A stretch of 64,000 nucleotides of DNA, from positions 5,152 to 69,151 of the forward strand of contig CAZUQX010000010.1 in NCBI GenBank assembly GCA_964623205.1. Reading direction: 5' to 3'. The notes below the pieces were generated by a model that was not told the DNA's origin, ran no database searches, and worked only from the letters and a program-made list of their open reading frames with translations. Origin of the DNA: an uncultured Candidatus Bathyarchaeia archaeon. GTDB taxonomy: Archaea > Thermoproteota > Bathyarchaeia > Bathyarchaeales > Bathyarchaeaceae. This document shows, piece by piece, positions 1 through 10,057 of the stretch. The position numbers were made by a program, and so were the translations under genes. The stretch's first letter is position 1. The number at the start of each line of letters is the position of its first letter.

Positions 1-143
1 ATATCGAAGAAGCACTTAGAAACTTTAGGAGTAATGGCGCAATTATTATTTCTGGTCCAGTTCCTGCAGAGCTTTACGAAGGCAAAAGAATTGCTTTCGT
101 TTACACCCCTGACAAATATGTAGTTGAACTACTAGAGAAATAG
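1..143 (+). CDS. 3' end of a CDS truncated by the window edge; C-terminus resembles VOC/glyoxalase-fold proteins
   Basis: Frame 3 reads ...GAIIISGPVPAELYEGKRIAFVYTPDKYVVELLEK and stops at TAG 141-143. The terminal 'riaF..DPD..vEL.e'-like strand is typical of the glyoxalase/bleomycin-resistance fold. Only ~46 codons are visible. Confidence 0.35.
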   Translation, partial: IEEALRNFRSNGAIIISGPVPAELYEGKRIAFVYTPDKYVVELLEK

Positions 144-373
144 GACTGCCTGAACAATTACGATAGATTTTTACGAATGTTTACCGTTGAATCAATACAC
201 AGCTCATTTATTCGGGACTACGTTTCCAATAACGGAAGTGTAGTAATTCTTGTTGTTGCCATAATAAAGAAAGCTGCTAAATCTTCAATGTGCATTTCCC
301 TCAAGGAGAAACCAAGAGCCCCCGTTAATTGTAGTTTGTTACTCAGAAGACCACGGGACCATGCACTTTTGTG

Positions 374-436
374 TTAGTCAAGAAACCTTGACTAAAAATG
401 CAGTACGTATTATTTGTTTAGTCAAGAAATCTTTAC
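374..436 (+). promoter_or_regulatory. Two operator-like boxes upstream of the secreted-protein gene
   Basis: The boxes are TTAGTCAAGAAACCTTGACTAA (374-395, a perfect 9-nt inverted repeat with a 4-nt spacer) and TTAGTCAAGAAATCTTTAC (418-436). Related boxes occur at 48987-49036. Confidence 0.4.
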
Positions 437-490
437 AAAAATCCTTTTAAAAGATAAAAGGAATAAATAAATGGATGTTGGAGACTAAAA

Positions 491-1687
491 ATGAAGAAAA
501 ACGTATCAAGATTGTTTGCACGCATGAGAAGTTTTCGCGTTTTTTTGTTACTTGCTGTGTTGATTTCTGCGTTTAGCGTTGGAATTTTGGCAAGCTTCTC
601 TATGCAGCCTTTAACTATACCTCTTGAGGTTAAAGATCCAATAAACATACTGGATTATCCTTCGGACTTTAGCCTTTTTCCTGGTGAAACCAAAGAATTC
701 AGTATAACAGTAGAAAATCTTGCTTCAGTAAACTACTCTATTTCCTTGGATTTCCGCTTGAACGACACGACATATCAAGCTAAATACATTACCTTCAGCA
801 ATGAAAACTATACTATTGTCCCCGGAAAACAAAACCTTGAAGCTTGGTTGACAATTGCACCCACTGCTCCACCAGCAAGCGTTATGATAACTGTAAACCG
901 CAAGGAAGACGAACAAACCCCTATACCCTCACCTCCCCCGCCTGATTCGTCTCCAACTCCATCACCCACACCTGAACTAACACCATGCATGGAACTTCTT
1001 GGAGGCGGAGCCCGATGGGCTGCTCGCAATGGTACATCTGCATTGTACATTAACTGGAAAGACAACTGGGATGCTCACCATCTCACAGATGGCGCCGGTT
1101 GGGGTCCATGGCCAACGGAATTAGAAATGGAAAACCGACGTTATTGTGAAGCCTATTCCCTTGAACAAACTGGTTTCAATGTTGACTTTGCGGGCGATAT
1201 GCCCGAAAGCTTGAGTGACTTGAGTGGTTACGATCTTGTAGTGATCTCTGCAAATTGGGCTACTGAACCACAACACGCACCTCTCATCAGAGATTACATC
1301 TTTAATGGAGGAGGGGTAGTTATTCTGGGTGGCACACCTTGCTATTTCACGGTCTATTGTAAAGACATGTGGCCCTATCGAGCGTATGGAGCTGAGTTTG
1401 ACGGCATTAGGTTTGATTTGGCTCCGATACAGGAATGGTTTGGTACTCGATACTACGTCAATACAGGTGGAACTGCAACGATAACCATTGATAATCCATT
1501 TGGCACAGCACTATCGAGTGGTGACCCTATAATCTACGCAGATAATTCCCCCTGTCCTGCAGTAATGTCACCAAATAATGGCGCACAGACAATCGCCCTA
1601 TGGAATTCAGGTTCTATCTTTGCCTTCACTCATGAATACGGTGAAGGCCGAGTCTACTACCAAGCAAAACTTGCCACCATTAGGTAG
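491..1687 (+). CDS. Secreted or membrane-anchored protein of unknown function (N-terminal signal/anchor, Pro/Thr/Ser-rich linker)
   Basis: The N-terminus has a basic stretch followed by a hydrophobic helix (RSFRVFLLLAVLISAFSVGILA). A linker TPIPSPPPPDSSPTPSPTPELTP separates two domains. The C-terminal part (DLVVISANW...GGGVVILGG) is vaguely like the class-I amidotransferase/ThuA fold. Confidence 0.6.
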   Translation: MKKNVSRLFARMRSFRVFLLLAVLISAFSVGILASFSMQPLTIPLEVKDPINILDYPSDFSLFPGETKEFSITVENLASVNYSISLDFRLNDTTYQAKYITFSNENYTIVPGKQNLEAWLTIAPTAPPASVMITVNRKEDEQTPIPSPPPPDSSPTPSPTPELTPCMELLGGGARWAARNGTSALYINWKDNWDAHHLTDGAGWGPWPTELEMENRRYCEAYSLEQTGFNVDFAGDMPESLSDLSGYDLVVISANWATEPQHAPLIRDYIFNGGGVVILGGTPCYFTVYCKDMWPYRAYGAEFDGIRFDLAPIQEWFGTRYYVNTGGTATITIDNPFGTALSSGDPIIYADNSPCPAVMSPNNGAQTIALWNSGSIFAFTHEYGEGRVYYQAKLATIR

Positions 1688-1775
1688 AAGCACGTAAATC
1701 CCTCTGGTGAATTTGAAAAAACATTCAATAGTAGTTTTTGACTTTAGCCAGTGGCCAAGAATATAAAATGGGGGT

Positions 1776-2711
1776 TTAGAGGGAGATTATGAACTGGAGG
1801 CGTTCAACCAGTTCTTTATAGCGGTTCCTTATGGTTACTTCCGTCACTTGAGCAATCTCGGCAATCTCTCTCTGGGTTTTTCTCTCTCCTGTCAGAACCG
1901 ACGCGATGTAGCTGGCTGCCGCGGCTATGCCTGTCGGTCCCCTTCCTGACGTAAGCTTCAGCTCTTTGGCTGTAGCAAGAATCTTGTGGGCAATCTCCTC
2001 AACCTTTCCCTGCATAGTTAGCTGGTTAGAAAACTTCGTTATATACTGGCTAGGCTTCAGGGGCGGAATAAAATAATCGAGTTCCTTTATTAGAAAACGA
2101 TAGCTTCGTCCAATCTCTTTTTTATTCACAGTAGAAGCCTGAGCGATCTCATCCAAAGTTCTAGCCACACCACACTGTCGACAAGCAACATAAATAGCAG
2201 CAGCAGTTACGCCCTGAATCGACCTTCCCCGAATCAGACGCTCCTTAACCGCTTTACGATAAATAACCGAAGCCGTTTCAAGAATATTTTTGGGCAAATT
2301 AAGGTTATTCGCAATCTTAGATATCTCAGAGAGGGCAAAGGCAAGGTTCCTCTCCGTAGCATCAGAGACCCTAATACGCCGTTGCCACTTCCGCAACCGA
2401 TAAATCTGAGCCTTCTGACCAGGAGCAATCCTCTTGCCGTAAACGTCCCGATCATGCCAATCAATCATAGTTGAGAGACCCTTATCATGAATTGTAAAGG
2501 TAAGGGGAGCACCAGCTCTGGCGCGTTTAGTGCGCTGCTCATCATCAAAGGCCCGCCACTCAGGTCCTTGATCTGCAAGTTTAGCCGCGACAACAAAACC
2601 ACAGCCCATGCAAACTATCTCGGCACACTCGTAGTCTCGCATGAGGCGGCTGCTTCCACATTCAGGGCACTTTCTAATCATTCGAGGTTGTGGGAGGTTT
2701 TCTTTTTTCAT
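1776..2711 (-). CDS. tfb: Transcription initiation factor IIB (TFB)
   Basis: It has an N-terminal zinc ribbon (CPECGSS...CMGCGFV), a B-reader region and two cyclin-fold repeats ([18 protein letters not shown]..., [15 protein letters not shown]). Confidence 0.95.
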   Translation of the reverse strand: MKKENLPQPRMIRKCPECGSSRLMRDYECAEIVCMGCGFVVAAKLADQGPEWRAFDDEQRTKRARAGAPLTFTIHDKGLSTMIDWHDRDVYGKRIAPGQKAQIYRLRKWQRRIRVSDATERNLAFALSEISKIANNLNLPKNILETASVIYRKAVKERLIRGRSIQGVTAAAIYVACRQCGVARTLDEIAQASTVNKKEIGRSYRFLIKELDYFIPPLKPSQYITKFSNQLTMQGKVEEIAHKILATAKELKLTSGRGPTGIAAAASYIASVLTGERKTQREIAEIAQVTEVTIRNRYKELVERLQFIISL

Positions 2712-2983
2712 TTTCTCTTCCTCTTTTTTCTAGCAGCTTTAGAGGGGATCACGTAAAGAACATGGTTAACAAGTTGCTCTGGACTTTGGACATGGGGTTT
2801 CACAGCCACATAGGGGGAGGATGTAGGACCGAAGACGTCAAAAACCATTCCCACGGGTTTGAGATTTTCATTTGCCACCTTGTCGCCGATGCGAGGAATG
2901 TTTTCCGCTTTAATAATAATGTTTCTGGTGGCGCTCACGTGAAGGACATAACCTATTCTATTCAAAACCCCTTTTCCCCTCAC
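2708..2983 (-). CDS. gar1: H/ACA RNP protein Gar1
   Basis: The sequence LGYVLHVS...[31 protein letters not shown] is the typical archaeal Gar1 barrel. Its stop overlaps the tfb start by 4 nt. Confidence 0.85.
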   Translation of the reverse strand: MRGKGVLNRIGYVLHVSATRNIIIKAENIPRIGDKVANENLKPVGMVFDVFGPTSSPYVAVKPHVQSPEQLVNHVLYVIPSKAARKKRKRK

Positions 2984-3263
2984 AAAACCTATGGTTCAAT
3001 CGAGCCGCTTTATTTAAACGTTTCTGAGGGAATTTTCCACTTTACGCCACCGATTCCCACGTTTGAAATTGTTAGACTAAACAAGAGAATTGTAAATTAA
3101 TTTTACCGTGAAAAATGTTAAATTACTTTCATCATTGACCAGAAAGCCCTCACCCTTTTCGAGGAAAAGTGCCTAAACGCAACCGACCGCAAAAATCTCA
3201 GAGAACCGAAAGTGACCACCGCAACTAATAAAACGCTCTAAATCGATAGCAGAACAGATCGAA

Positions 3264-3548
3264 ATGCGAAAACAAAACAAAATTTTTCTCTGGTCCATTT
3301 ACTTCGACGCTAACAAGACTAGAACGGAGGGACGGAGGGTCCCGAAAAAGCTCGCTGTATCTACACCAAAAGTGGAGGAGCTTCAAATAGCAGCAAAAAG
3401 GTTGGGACTGCAACCTGAGATAGTGTCTGATGCTGCACATCCAAGTTCTCCATGGCGAAGAACTGGGCTACTTATTATTCCCAAAAAAGAATCTAAAGGT
3501 AAAACTTTGAACAAGATTGCGAAAGAACTCTTGAATCTACGTAGATAA
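3264..3548 (+). CDS. srp19: Signal recognition particle protein SRP19
   Basis: The motif IFLWSIYFDANKTRTEGRRVPKKLAV..P...EL matches the canonical SRP19 N-terminus. Confidence 0.85.
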   Translation: MRKQNKIFLWSIYFDANKTRTEGRRVPKKLAVSTPKVEELQIAAKRLGLQPEIVSDAAHPSSPWRRTGLLIIPKKESKGKTLNKIAKELLNLRR

Positions 3549-3555
3549 CAAAGGG

Positions 3556-3951
3556 TTATTCTTTTTCTTCTTTGGGGACAAGAATCGCGTTTACTATGCC
3601 ATCTTGTCCAGGGCGGGATGTTACCCGAGCGGTTCCCAAGGGTGTTGCAATCATTGTTCCTTTTGTGATTACACCCCGTCGGTCATAGTCCACGTTAGCT
3701 GGGTTCTTTATCACGCGAAGAATCTCTACTTTCGCGGTTTTTCCAGAAGGGCCAGAGATGTTTGCTTGTTTAACGGCTAATAGTGAAATCTTCTTGTTAC
3801 CGCCATGCTTTCGCACTGTTCTGCTCTTAGGTTTGCCCAGCGTGGTTTCCGCTGGAAAGAAGCCTTTTTCATATCTTCTTTTCTTTCGATTTACTGTTTT
3901 CCTTCCACCCGAATCTTTTCGTTTATGTTGATCTCCATGCCACACGGACAA
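3556..3951 (-). CDS. rps8e: 30S ribosomal protein S8e
   Basis: The basic N-terminus (HKRKDSGGRK...KKRRYEKG) and the C-terminus (NILRVIKNPAN.DY.RRGVITKG) match the S8e family. Confidence 0.9.
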   Translation of the reverse strand: MSVWHGDQHKRKDSGGRKTVNRKKRRYEKGFFPAETTLGKPKSRTVRKHGGNKKISLLAVKQANISGPSGKTAKVEILRVIKNPANVDYDRRGVITKGTMIATPLGTARVTSRPGQDGIVNAILVPKEEKE

Positions 3952-4017
3952 GCTTTCATCATCTCATAGGGTCTGATGAGACTAACAAAACTTCCCATAT
4001 AAGCTTATCTTCGCAAT

Positions 4018-4614
4018 CTATTTCTCAGGATTCATCTCCGCCTCTGCTTCGGGTTTGGCAAAATCCTCGAATACGCTTTTAAGTTGACGTTTCATGGCTC
4101 GCAAGTCATGGCTTAGACCGAAGAAGTCAGCGAAGAACTCTGTTGTTCTTATCATTTTTTTTCTTCCAACCCCTTCGCGGACAATCAGTTCCATGTCTTC
4201 CAGCTGTCTAAGATGCCCGTAGGCGTGGTGACCTCTGACATCGATGACTTGGGGCTGAGGAACTGGCTGCCTAAAAGCAATATACGATAAAGTCTTCAGC
4301 GGACCCGAAGAAAGAAGCGGTTTTGTTGCTAACTTCCTAACTTTAACTGTGTACTCAGCTTTTAATTGCATAACGAACCGTTCCCCCTCAAGTTCAAGAA
4401 CCTCAAGAGCTGTGTCACGATTCTTATAATTCTCCACAAGAGCCTTAGCCAGCTTTCTCACCTTTCTTTTAGAACGGATTCCCGTTACACTTCCCAAGGT
4501 CTTTAGATCAAGGGGGCGTCCTGCCACGTAGAGCCCAGCCTCTAGTAAAGCTAATTTCCGAGCGAACCTCTCTTTTTTGGGTTCGTTAGACGATTCCTGT
4601 TCCTCTTCCTTCAA
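4018..4614 (-). CDS. scpB: Segregation and condensation protein B (ScpB)
   Basis: It has tandem winged-helix domains (LEAGLYVAGRPL... / LKTLSYIAFRQPV.Q..V..VRG). It lies immediately downstream of scpA and smc. Confidence 0.85.
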   Translation of the reverse strand: MKEEEQESSNEPKKERFARKLALLEAGLYVAGRPLDLKTLGSVTGIRSKRKVRKLAKALVENYKNRDTALEVLELEGERFVMQLKAEYTVKVRKLATKPLLSSGPLKTLSYIAFRQPVPQPQVIDVRGHHAYGHLRQLEDMELIVREGVGRKKMIRTTEFFADFFGLSHDLRAMKRQLKSVFEDFAKPEAEAEMNPEK

Positions 4615-5287
4615 AGGTAGGGTCTCCTGTGACGGTTATGTACAGCTCGCTGATGTCGTCCTCCTGCCACAACCCTATCTTTCCTCTTTGGGCGAGGAAG
4701 AGAAGGATTATAAAGGTTTTAACTGCTTCAATCTTTTCTAATCCAGCCACGAGCTTGGAGAATCCTACAAGCTCCGTTTTGCCTGCAAGCTGGCAGAGCT
4801 GACTGTAAAGGATCTTCATACGTTTCTCGATTTCTACCAAATAGAGGTCGACTGAGGGAATAATCTCCGGGACGGGTAAGACTGGTAGCAGAGGCTGTGG
4901 TGTAGAAGGACCTAACCGTTCGCCCCTCAACACCTCATCCAACACATTCAACAAGTTCTCTAGAGTAGTTGAAGATAACTCGTAACGTAGGGGAAGGAAC
5001 ATTGGCGGAGGAAGAAAATCCGGTGGGCTTTTGGGTGGAGGGGGTGGCTCCTCAAGTTTCAGCAAGAGTTTGGATTTCATAAGGTATATTATGCTGGATG
5101 ACTCTAAAGCAACGCCTGAGGCTCTGAAGTCTATTTCTCCTCTGTGCTCCATCTCCTCCAAGAAAGTGGTTAAGAGAAAGGAGATGTTGATGTCCCAGGG
5201 CATTATCTTCTCTAATCTGTGAATCTCAAAGAGTATACTCAAAGGAGGCTGAAAATAGAAAGGCTTCTCCATGGACTGGGACATCAT
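4586..5287 (-). CDS. scpA: Segregation and condensation protein A (ScpA kleisin)
   Basis: The likely start is the MMSQSMEKPF ATG at 5287-5285, which forms an ATGA overlap with the smc stop (5284-5286). The ORF-track start at 5350 lies inside smc. The product has a kleisin-like N-terminus, a PPPP linker and a C-terminal winged helix. Confidence 0.8.
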   Translation of the reverse strand: MMSQSMEKPFYFQPPLSILFEIHRLEKIMPWDINISFLLTTFLEEMEHRGEIDFRASGVALESSSIIYLMKSKLLLKLEEPPPPPKSPPDFLPPPMFLPLRYELSSTTLENLLNVLDEVLRGERLGPSTPQPLLPVLPVPEIIPSVDLYLVEIEKRMKILYSQLCQLAGKTELVGFSKLVAGLEKIEAVKTFIILLFLAQRGKIGLWQEDDISELYITVTGDPTFEGRGTGIV

Positions 5288-8200
5288 GCAGCCTCCTGAA
5301 TGTTGGTTGAGACCACACGAGAGAAGCCGCCGCGTTCGTAGATTCCCCAAACTTTCTTAGCTTTGCTGACCATCTCTGGCTTCAACGTGACAACCACAAA
5401 CTGGGACTTCATTGACTCTTCAGCGAGAAGGTCTCCCAGTCTGGATACATGGAAGGGGTCAAGGTGAGCATCGATTTCGTCAAAGAGGTAGAAAGCAGCG
5501 GGCATGAAATCCTGCAGAGCAAAAATGAAGGCAACCGCTGCCACGGACCTCTCTCCGCTACTGGCTCCGCTTACAAGGATAGAGGCTTTCCCTCGAAATT
5601 GAACATTCATATCCATTCCGCCAGCGAAGGGATCTTCAGGATTCTCCAGTATCAGAGCAGCGTCTCCACCGCCTGTCAACTTTGAGAAATATCTTCTGAA
5701 GCTCTCATGGATTTTGTCGAAGGCTTCCATAAAGACTGCCCGTTTTTTCCTTTCGATTTCGTCCATGAACGCGAGGATTGCCTGTTTTTCTTTCTCCAGT
5801 TCGTTCATGCGTATGGATAGTTCTTTGTATCGTGAAGCTTGCTCAATATAGTGGTCCATAGACAGCTGATTTACGGCGCCGAGGCGATTCAGTTCAAAAC
5901 GTAACAGTTTAAGGGATGATTCAGCTGTTTCCAGCTGTTCCGGAGGAATTTGCATAGGCTCTTCGTAGCCTAGTTCCTGCAATCGTTGAGAGTGCTGTTC
6001 CAGTTTCATTTTGCATGTTTGGAGGCTGATTTGCAGCTCATTATATAACCTGTCTGATCGTTCGTACACGGAATCCAATCGTTGCAGCTTTTTGTCGATG
6101 TCATCAATTTCGGAAGTGAAATTTTTGGATTCTTCTTTGGCGTTTAGAACGGTTCGAGACAACTCTTCCTTGGAATTCTCCAGTTCCATAAGCTCCTTGT
6201 CAAGGACTTCCTTTTCCTTACTGGCAGCTTCAACATCCTCTTCCACAGTCATGATCTGCTCTTTCAGCTTTCGTAGCTGAATTCTCATGTTGTCCGCGCC
6301 TATTTTGAGAACGTTTCCAAACGTGGATTCGAGAGTAGCAAGATTTGTCTCTGTGCTACCCATCCGCTGGCGAGACTCGATAATCTCCTCTCCTAACCTT
6401 TCCCGTTGAATCTCCATCTCTTGAATCCTAGCTGGATCCGTTTTTAGACGTAATTCCGCTAATTCTTCTCGGAGATTTTCCATCCCTTTTTCAAGAGCGT
6501 TACGCTGTCCTCTTAGAACACCCAATTGCGTCTTCTCTTCTTCCCTTTTTTCGTTGATTCTCGATACGTGATTCTCGATGCGCTTGATATTGTGTCTTGT
6601 CTGCTTAACGTTTCGCCGTACTCTTCCAATCTCACCCTCAAGAGTTACGATAGCCTCAGCCAATCTGACAAGTTCAACCCTAGTTTTGTCAATTTCTTCT
6701 CTGAAGACGCCTACGTCGCTCTCCCTTTTTGTCAAATGACGCTGAAGAGCTCCCACAGCTTCATCAAGGCTCTTCACAGCTGTTTCGCTAGGAATTATGG
6801 AAGAATAGTCGACCGGCGAACGATAATACCCACTTTCGAAGCCCCCATGAGCCTCATAAAGGTCACCATTAAGGGTGACCGTTCGGTGACCGTTTCGCGA
6901 AGCGGCAAAGGCAGTTTTATCATCTTTTGTTACAAGGGTGTCTCCGAAGACAAAATTTATGGCAGGCTCAAATTTTTTGGCGTGCCGGACGAAATGGGAA
7001 GCAGGACCGCTGACTCCTCTGACTGACGGGGAGTTAATGGATCTGATTGCGGACATCTCTTCAAGGGGGATTATCTTGATTCTACCTAATTTCATACGTT
7101 TCAGAGTCTCAGTACATGTGAATGCCGTGTCATAGTTCTGAACAACCATGGCGTCGAGCCAGCCGACTGCAGTTGCCTCGATGGCTTGCCTATATCCTTT
7201 CTCGATTTTAATCAGGTCTCTGAGGCGCCCGTGAACACCTGTAATCACGCCCAAATCTGCTAGTTCCTCGATGTTTCGCAGAGCGTTTTCTTCTGTGGCA
7301 ACTTTTTCAGCGAGTTCCCTTTGGGTTGCAAACTCGACAACGGCCTCTCGTGCGGATTCAGCGATCTTCTCTGCTTGGGCTATCTCTAACTTCACGGATT
7401 CTTTTTGCACGAGTCTCCTCTCTAAGGTTTTTTCAAGATTTTTGGAGCGGCTTATCTGCTCTCTGTGTACCGTCTTGAGGTCTGCGTAGGATTTTTTAAG
7501 AGCGATGAGGTTGGATTCGAAGTTTTTCTTTCGAGTTTCGAGGTCGTTTAGTCGCCGCGTAAGAACTTTTAAGGATGTTCGGCTCCGGATAAAATCGGTG
7601 CGTAGCTCAACGAGTTCTTGGGTAAGCTTTTCTAACTTTTCCTCAACTTTTCTAATTTTCTTGCTGTTTTCTCCCAAGTTGGATCGTAGTTGGGATGCCT
7701 CATCTGCAACCGCATCATATTGGGATTGTTTCTGGGCAATTTCTGTGAGGAGTCGCTCTCGTTCTCTTTTTGATCTTCGGAGTTCATTTCGGTTGTCCTT
7801 GATTTCGTTTTTTATGGCTTCTAGTTTTTGTAGGTCGTTCTCCCTCACTTTTCTGAGACCGTCAAGGCTTGCTGTTCCGGCTCCAATCTTAGTTGTCAGT
7901 TCAGATATCTTCGACCTAACTTCCCCTATATTGTATTGAACCTCGAGAAGGTGCGTTCCCCGCTCTTCAATCATTTCTGAACCGAGTTTTCTCCATTCTG
8001 TTTCGACTTCGTGCCTCTGAGACCTAAGCTGTTCCCTTAGCTGTTTCGATTTCTCTACCTTGCTCCGAACCGACTCGATTTTTGAAGTCACATCCATTGT
8101 CTTCTTCTGGACTTCCATGATTTCTCCGAAAATTTTCATAGCTTCGAATCGGTTGATCTCTTTTTTAAGAAACGTGTAACGAAGCAGTTCGTTGCGTTCT

Positions 8201-8832
8201 CTCTCCAGATCATCAACCCGTTTCTGCACTTCATCTATTCGACCCATGGCCGTGCGGATGGAAATCTCTGCTACCCGAAGTTTATCCTCTGCTTCAGCCT
8301 TCTCGGAGTCGTACTGGGCTATGCCAACTAGGTCAGATATCATTTTTCTGCGCTCGTGAGAAGAGACCTCAGCCAACCGTGTGATGGCTCCTTGCAAAAC
8401 AACGTTATGCCCAGTCGGGCTGATTCCTGCCATGGAGAGGATGTTAAGAATGTGGGACCTTGAAATTCTTCTTCCATTGAGACGATAGATACTTTGGCCT
8501 GCCCTGTTGATCTCACGGGAAATAGTTACTGTGCTTGTGTCAACGGGTAGGCGGTTGTCTGCGTTGTCAAACTGGATAACGACCTTAGCGGTCTTCGCTT
8601 TTTTAATCTGCAATTCAGGGTAACCGTGATACACAAGTTTGGAGAGGCTTCCAGCGCGCATTCTCCTCGCGCTTAGTTCGCCTAAGCCGAAGAGGACGGC
8701 GTCTGCAATGTTCGTTTTTCCGCTTCCGTTCGGTCCAGTTATGGCAGTGAAGCCCTTATCTAGCTTAACGGTGGCGGTTTTCGGACCGAAGGACTTGAAG
8801 CCTTTGAGTTCGATTTTTTTGATGTAAGGCAT
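5284..8832 (-). CDS. smc: Chromosome segregation ATPase SMC
   Basis: It has a Walker A motif (GPNGSGKTN), long coiled coils, a hinge (GVHGRLRDLI...AIE.A.G), the signature LSGGE-like motif (SGASSGERS) and Walker B (LFDEIDAHLD). Length is 1182 aa. Confidence 0.97.
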   Translation of the reverse strand: MPYIKKIELKGFKSFGPKTATVKLDKGFTAITGPNGSGKTNIADAVLFGLGELSARRMRAGSLSKLVYHGYPELQIKKAKTAKVVIQFDNADNRLPVDTSTVTISREINRAGQSIYRLNGRRISRSHILNILSMAGISPTGHNVVLQGAITRLAEVSSHERRKMISDLVGIAQYDSEKAEAEDKLRVAEISIRTAMGRIDEVQKRVDDLERERNELLRYTFLKKEINRFEAMKIFGEIMEVQKKTMDVTSKIESVRSKVEKSKQLREQLRSQRHEVETEWRKLGSEMIEERGTHLLEVQYNIGEVRSKISELTTKIGAGTASLDGLRKVRENDLQKLEAIKNEIKDNRNELRRSKRERERLLTEIAQKQSQYDAVADEASQLRSNLGENSKKIRKVEEKLEKLTQELVELRTDFIRSRTSLKVLTRRLNDLETRKKNFESNLIALKKSYADLKTVHREQISRSKNLEKTLERRLVQKESVKLEIAQAEKIAESAREAVVEFATQRELAEKVATEENALRNIEELADLGVITGVHGRLRDLIKIEKGYRQAIEATAVGWLDAMVVQNYDTAFTCTETLKRMKLGRIKIIPLEEMSAIRSINSPSVRGVSGPASHFVRHAKKFEPAINFVFGDTLVTKDDKTAFAASRNGHRTVTLNGDLYEAHGGFESGYYRSPVDYSSIIPSETAVKSLDEAVGALQRHLTKRESDVGVFREEIDKTRVELVRLAEAIVTLEGEIGRVRRNVKQTRHNIKRIENHVSRINEKREEEKTQLGVLRGQRNALEKGMENLREELAELRLKTDPARIQEMEIQRERLGEEIIESRQRMGSTETNLATLESTFGNVLKIGADNMRIQLRKLKEQIMTVEEDVEAASKEKEVLDKELMELENSKEELSRTVLNAKEESKNFTSEIDDIDKKLQRLDSVYERSDRLYNELQISLQTCKMKLEQHSQRLQELGYEEPMQIPPEQLETAESSLKLLRFELNRLGAVNQLSMDHYIEQASRYKELSIRMNELEKEKQAILAFMDEIERKKRAVFMEAFDKIHESFRRYFSKLTGGGDAALILENPEDPFAGGMDMNVQFRGKASILVSGASSGERSVAAVAFIFALQDFMPAAFYLFDEIDAHLDPFHVSRLGDLLAEESMKSQFVVVTLKPEMVSKAKKVWGIYERGGFSRVVSTNIQEAA

Positions 8833-8973
8833 CTTTTTCTGATCTGCCCTCGGTTTTTGTATAGCCTGGAATTAACTCGTGCTTTTCACACTTTTTCTGT
8901 AATATCTTCTATAAATAAGCTGTGCTTGCAAAAGAAGTTTAAACTAAACAGTACAAAAGTTTTGAGGGTGTTT

Positions 8974-9492
8974 TTATCCATTTCTGGCGCCGCGAAACCT
9001 CTTTGTCATCTTTTTCATGAAGGATTTTATGTTTTCTCCGCTACCGTAAACAAGTATGTACCCGTTTTTCTGAATTTTATAAGAAAGATTGCTTGCTTCC
9101 ACGAGTTTTTTTATGTCTTCAGGGGGTGTATCTTCCGAAGTTTGGATTCGCACCCAATTCTTGTCTCGGGGAACACCGGGGATAAATCTGGAAGCTGTCT
9201 CTTTCTTTTCTCTGTTTTCCCCTCTTTTTTCGATTTCGAGTTTTTTCAGCCACTCTTCCACGATTTCTGTTCCATGCTTTTCTGCGGTGAAGATGGCGTA
9301 CGATTCGACACTTCTCAGGTACGTGTCGATTCTAGAGATACTTTCTGTGTGGGTTGGGTCAGCTTTTAGAACTTGTATCATGGTCTTGGCGGAACGTAGG
9401 TCATGCATCACGTCTGCCGGAATCTTCTCGCCCCTTTTTTGGAGTTGTATCAGGAGATCGGCTAAAACTTTCCACTTCTCCTCGTAACTCAT
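8974..9492 (-). CDS. Conserved hypothetical protein
   Basis: The 172-aa ORF has coding-like composition and no motif I can assign. Its antisense ORFs are shadows. Confidence 0.5.
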   Translation of the reverse strand: MSYEEKWKVLADLLIQLQKRGEKIPADVMHDLRSAKTMIQVLKADPTHTESISRIDTYLRSVESYAIFTAEKHGTEIVEEWLKKLEIEKRGENREKKETASRFIPGVPRDKNWVRIQTSEDTPPEDIKKLVEASNLSYKIQKNGYILVYGSGENIKSFMKKMTKRFRGARNG

Positions 9493-9634
9493 CTTATTTT
9501 TCGCTCCATTTTGGGGGCTTCCAAGACCTAGCTACTGACTGAAGAACCGTAAGCCGCAGATAGCGTAAAAAGATATCCCCCTTCAACTGTTCTTCCCTAA
9601 GAAATTCTTGATTTATGAAAAATAAAGCTTCTTT

Positions 9635-10057
9635 CTATTTGTCGGGTTCGAGTTGGCGCGCTCTTGTTTTTATCCAGTCTGTAACTTTTCCTTCTGTGAC
9701 CGTCTCAGCTTGGCGTTGTTCTTCCAGTTTCTCTTTTATTAGGGCTAACAGTTTCGCTGGTTTAACGGGTTTTGTCACGTAGGCGTCTGCTCCTTCGTTC
9801 AGGGCTCCCATGGCGTTCTCTAGGCTGGGGTAGCCTGTGACCATGATCTTCACCATCTTCGGCGTGCTCTCGTGCAATTTCACAAGTAGCTGGGTGCCTT
9901 CTATGTCTGGCAACTTGATGTCCAACAAAGCCAAGTTGTAGAACCTATCTTTCACCTTCTCTTCAGCTTCATGTCCAGTCTCAGCAGTGTCAATTATGTA
10001 TCCACTCTGCTCAAGTATATTCTTCATTGTTTCACGTATGTTCTCGTCATCATCCAC
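9635..10057 (-). CDS. CheY-like response regulator (receiver domain only)
   Basis: It has the acidic pocket DDDE, the phospho-acceptor D in LALLDIKLPD, T in MVTGY and K in YVTKP. The ORF-track start is a GTG. The beta-1 strand residues (RILIV) are encoded upstream of it with no canonical start codon. Confidence 0.85.
   Translation of the reverse strand: MDDDENIRETMKNILEQSGYIIDTAETGHEAEEKVKDRFYNLALLDIKLPDIEGTQLLVKLHESTPKMVKIMVTGYPSLENAMGALNEGADAYVTKPVKPAKLLALIKEKLEEQRQAETVTEGKVTDWIKTRARQLEPDK

Noticed and set aside
900-975. Pro/Thr/Ser-rich stretch as a DNA repeat or contingency locus
   Set aside because: It is a short interdomain linker inside a continuous ORF, and the nucleotide sequence is not a perfect tandem repeat.
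5449-8827. Numerous plus-strand ORFs of 60-170 aa inside the smc gene (for example 6526-7026 and 7505-7939)
   Set aside because: They are antisense shadows of a long, repetitive coiled-coil gene. Their translations are low-complexity Ser/Phe/Leu-rich, and smc is unambiguous on the minus strand.
5284-8832. SMC/ScpA/ScpB as a Wadjet- or Lamassu-like defence system
   Set aside because: The full-length canonical SMC has a hinge and a kleisin + ScpB pair in the standard chromosomal arrangement. No JetD/Toprim-like nuclease or Lamassu effector is present. This is housekeeping condensin.
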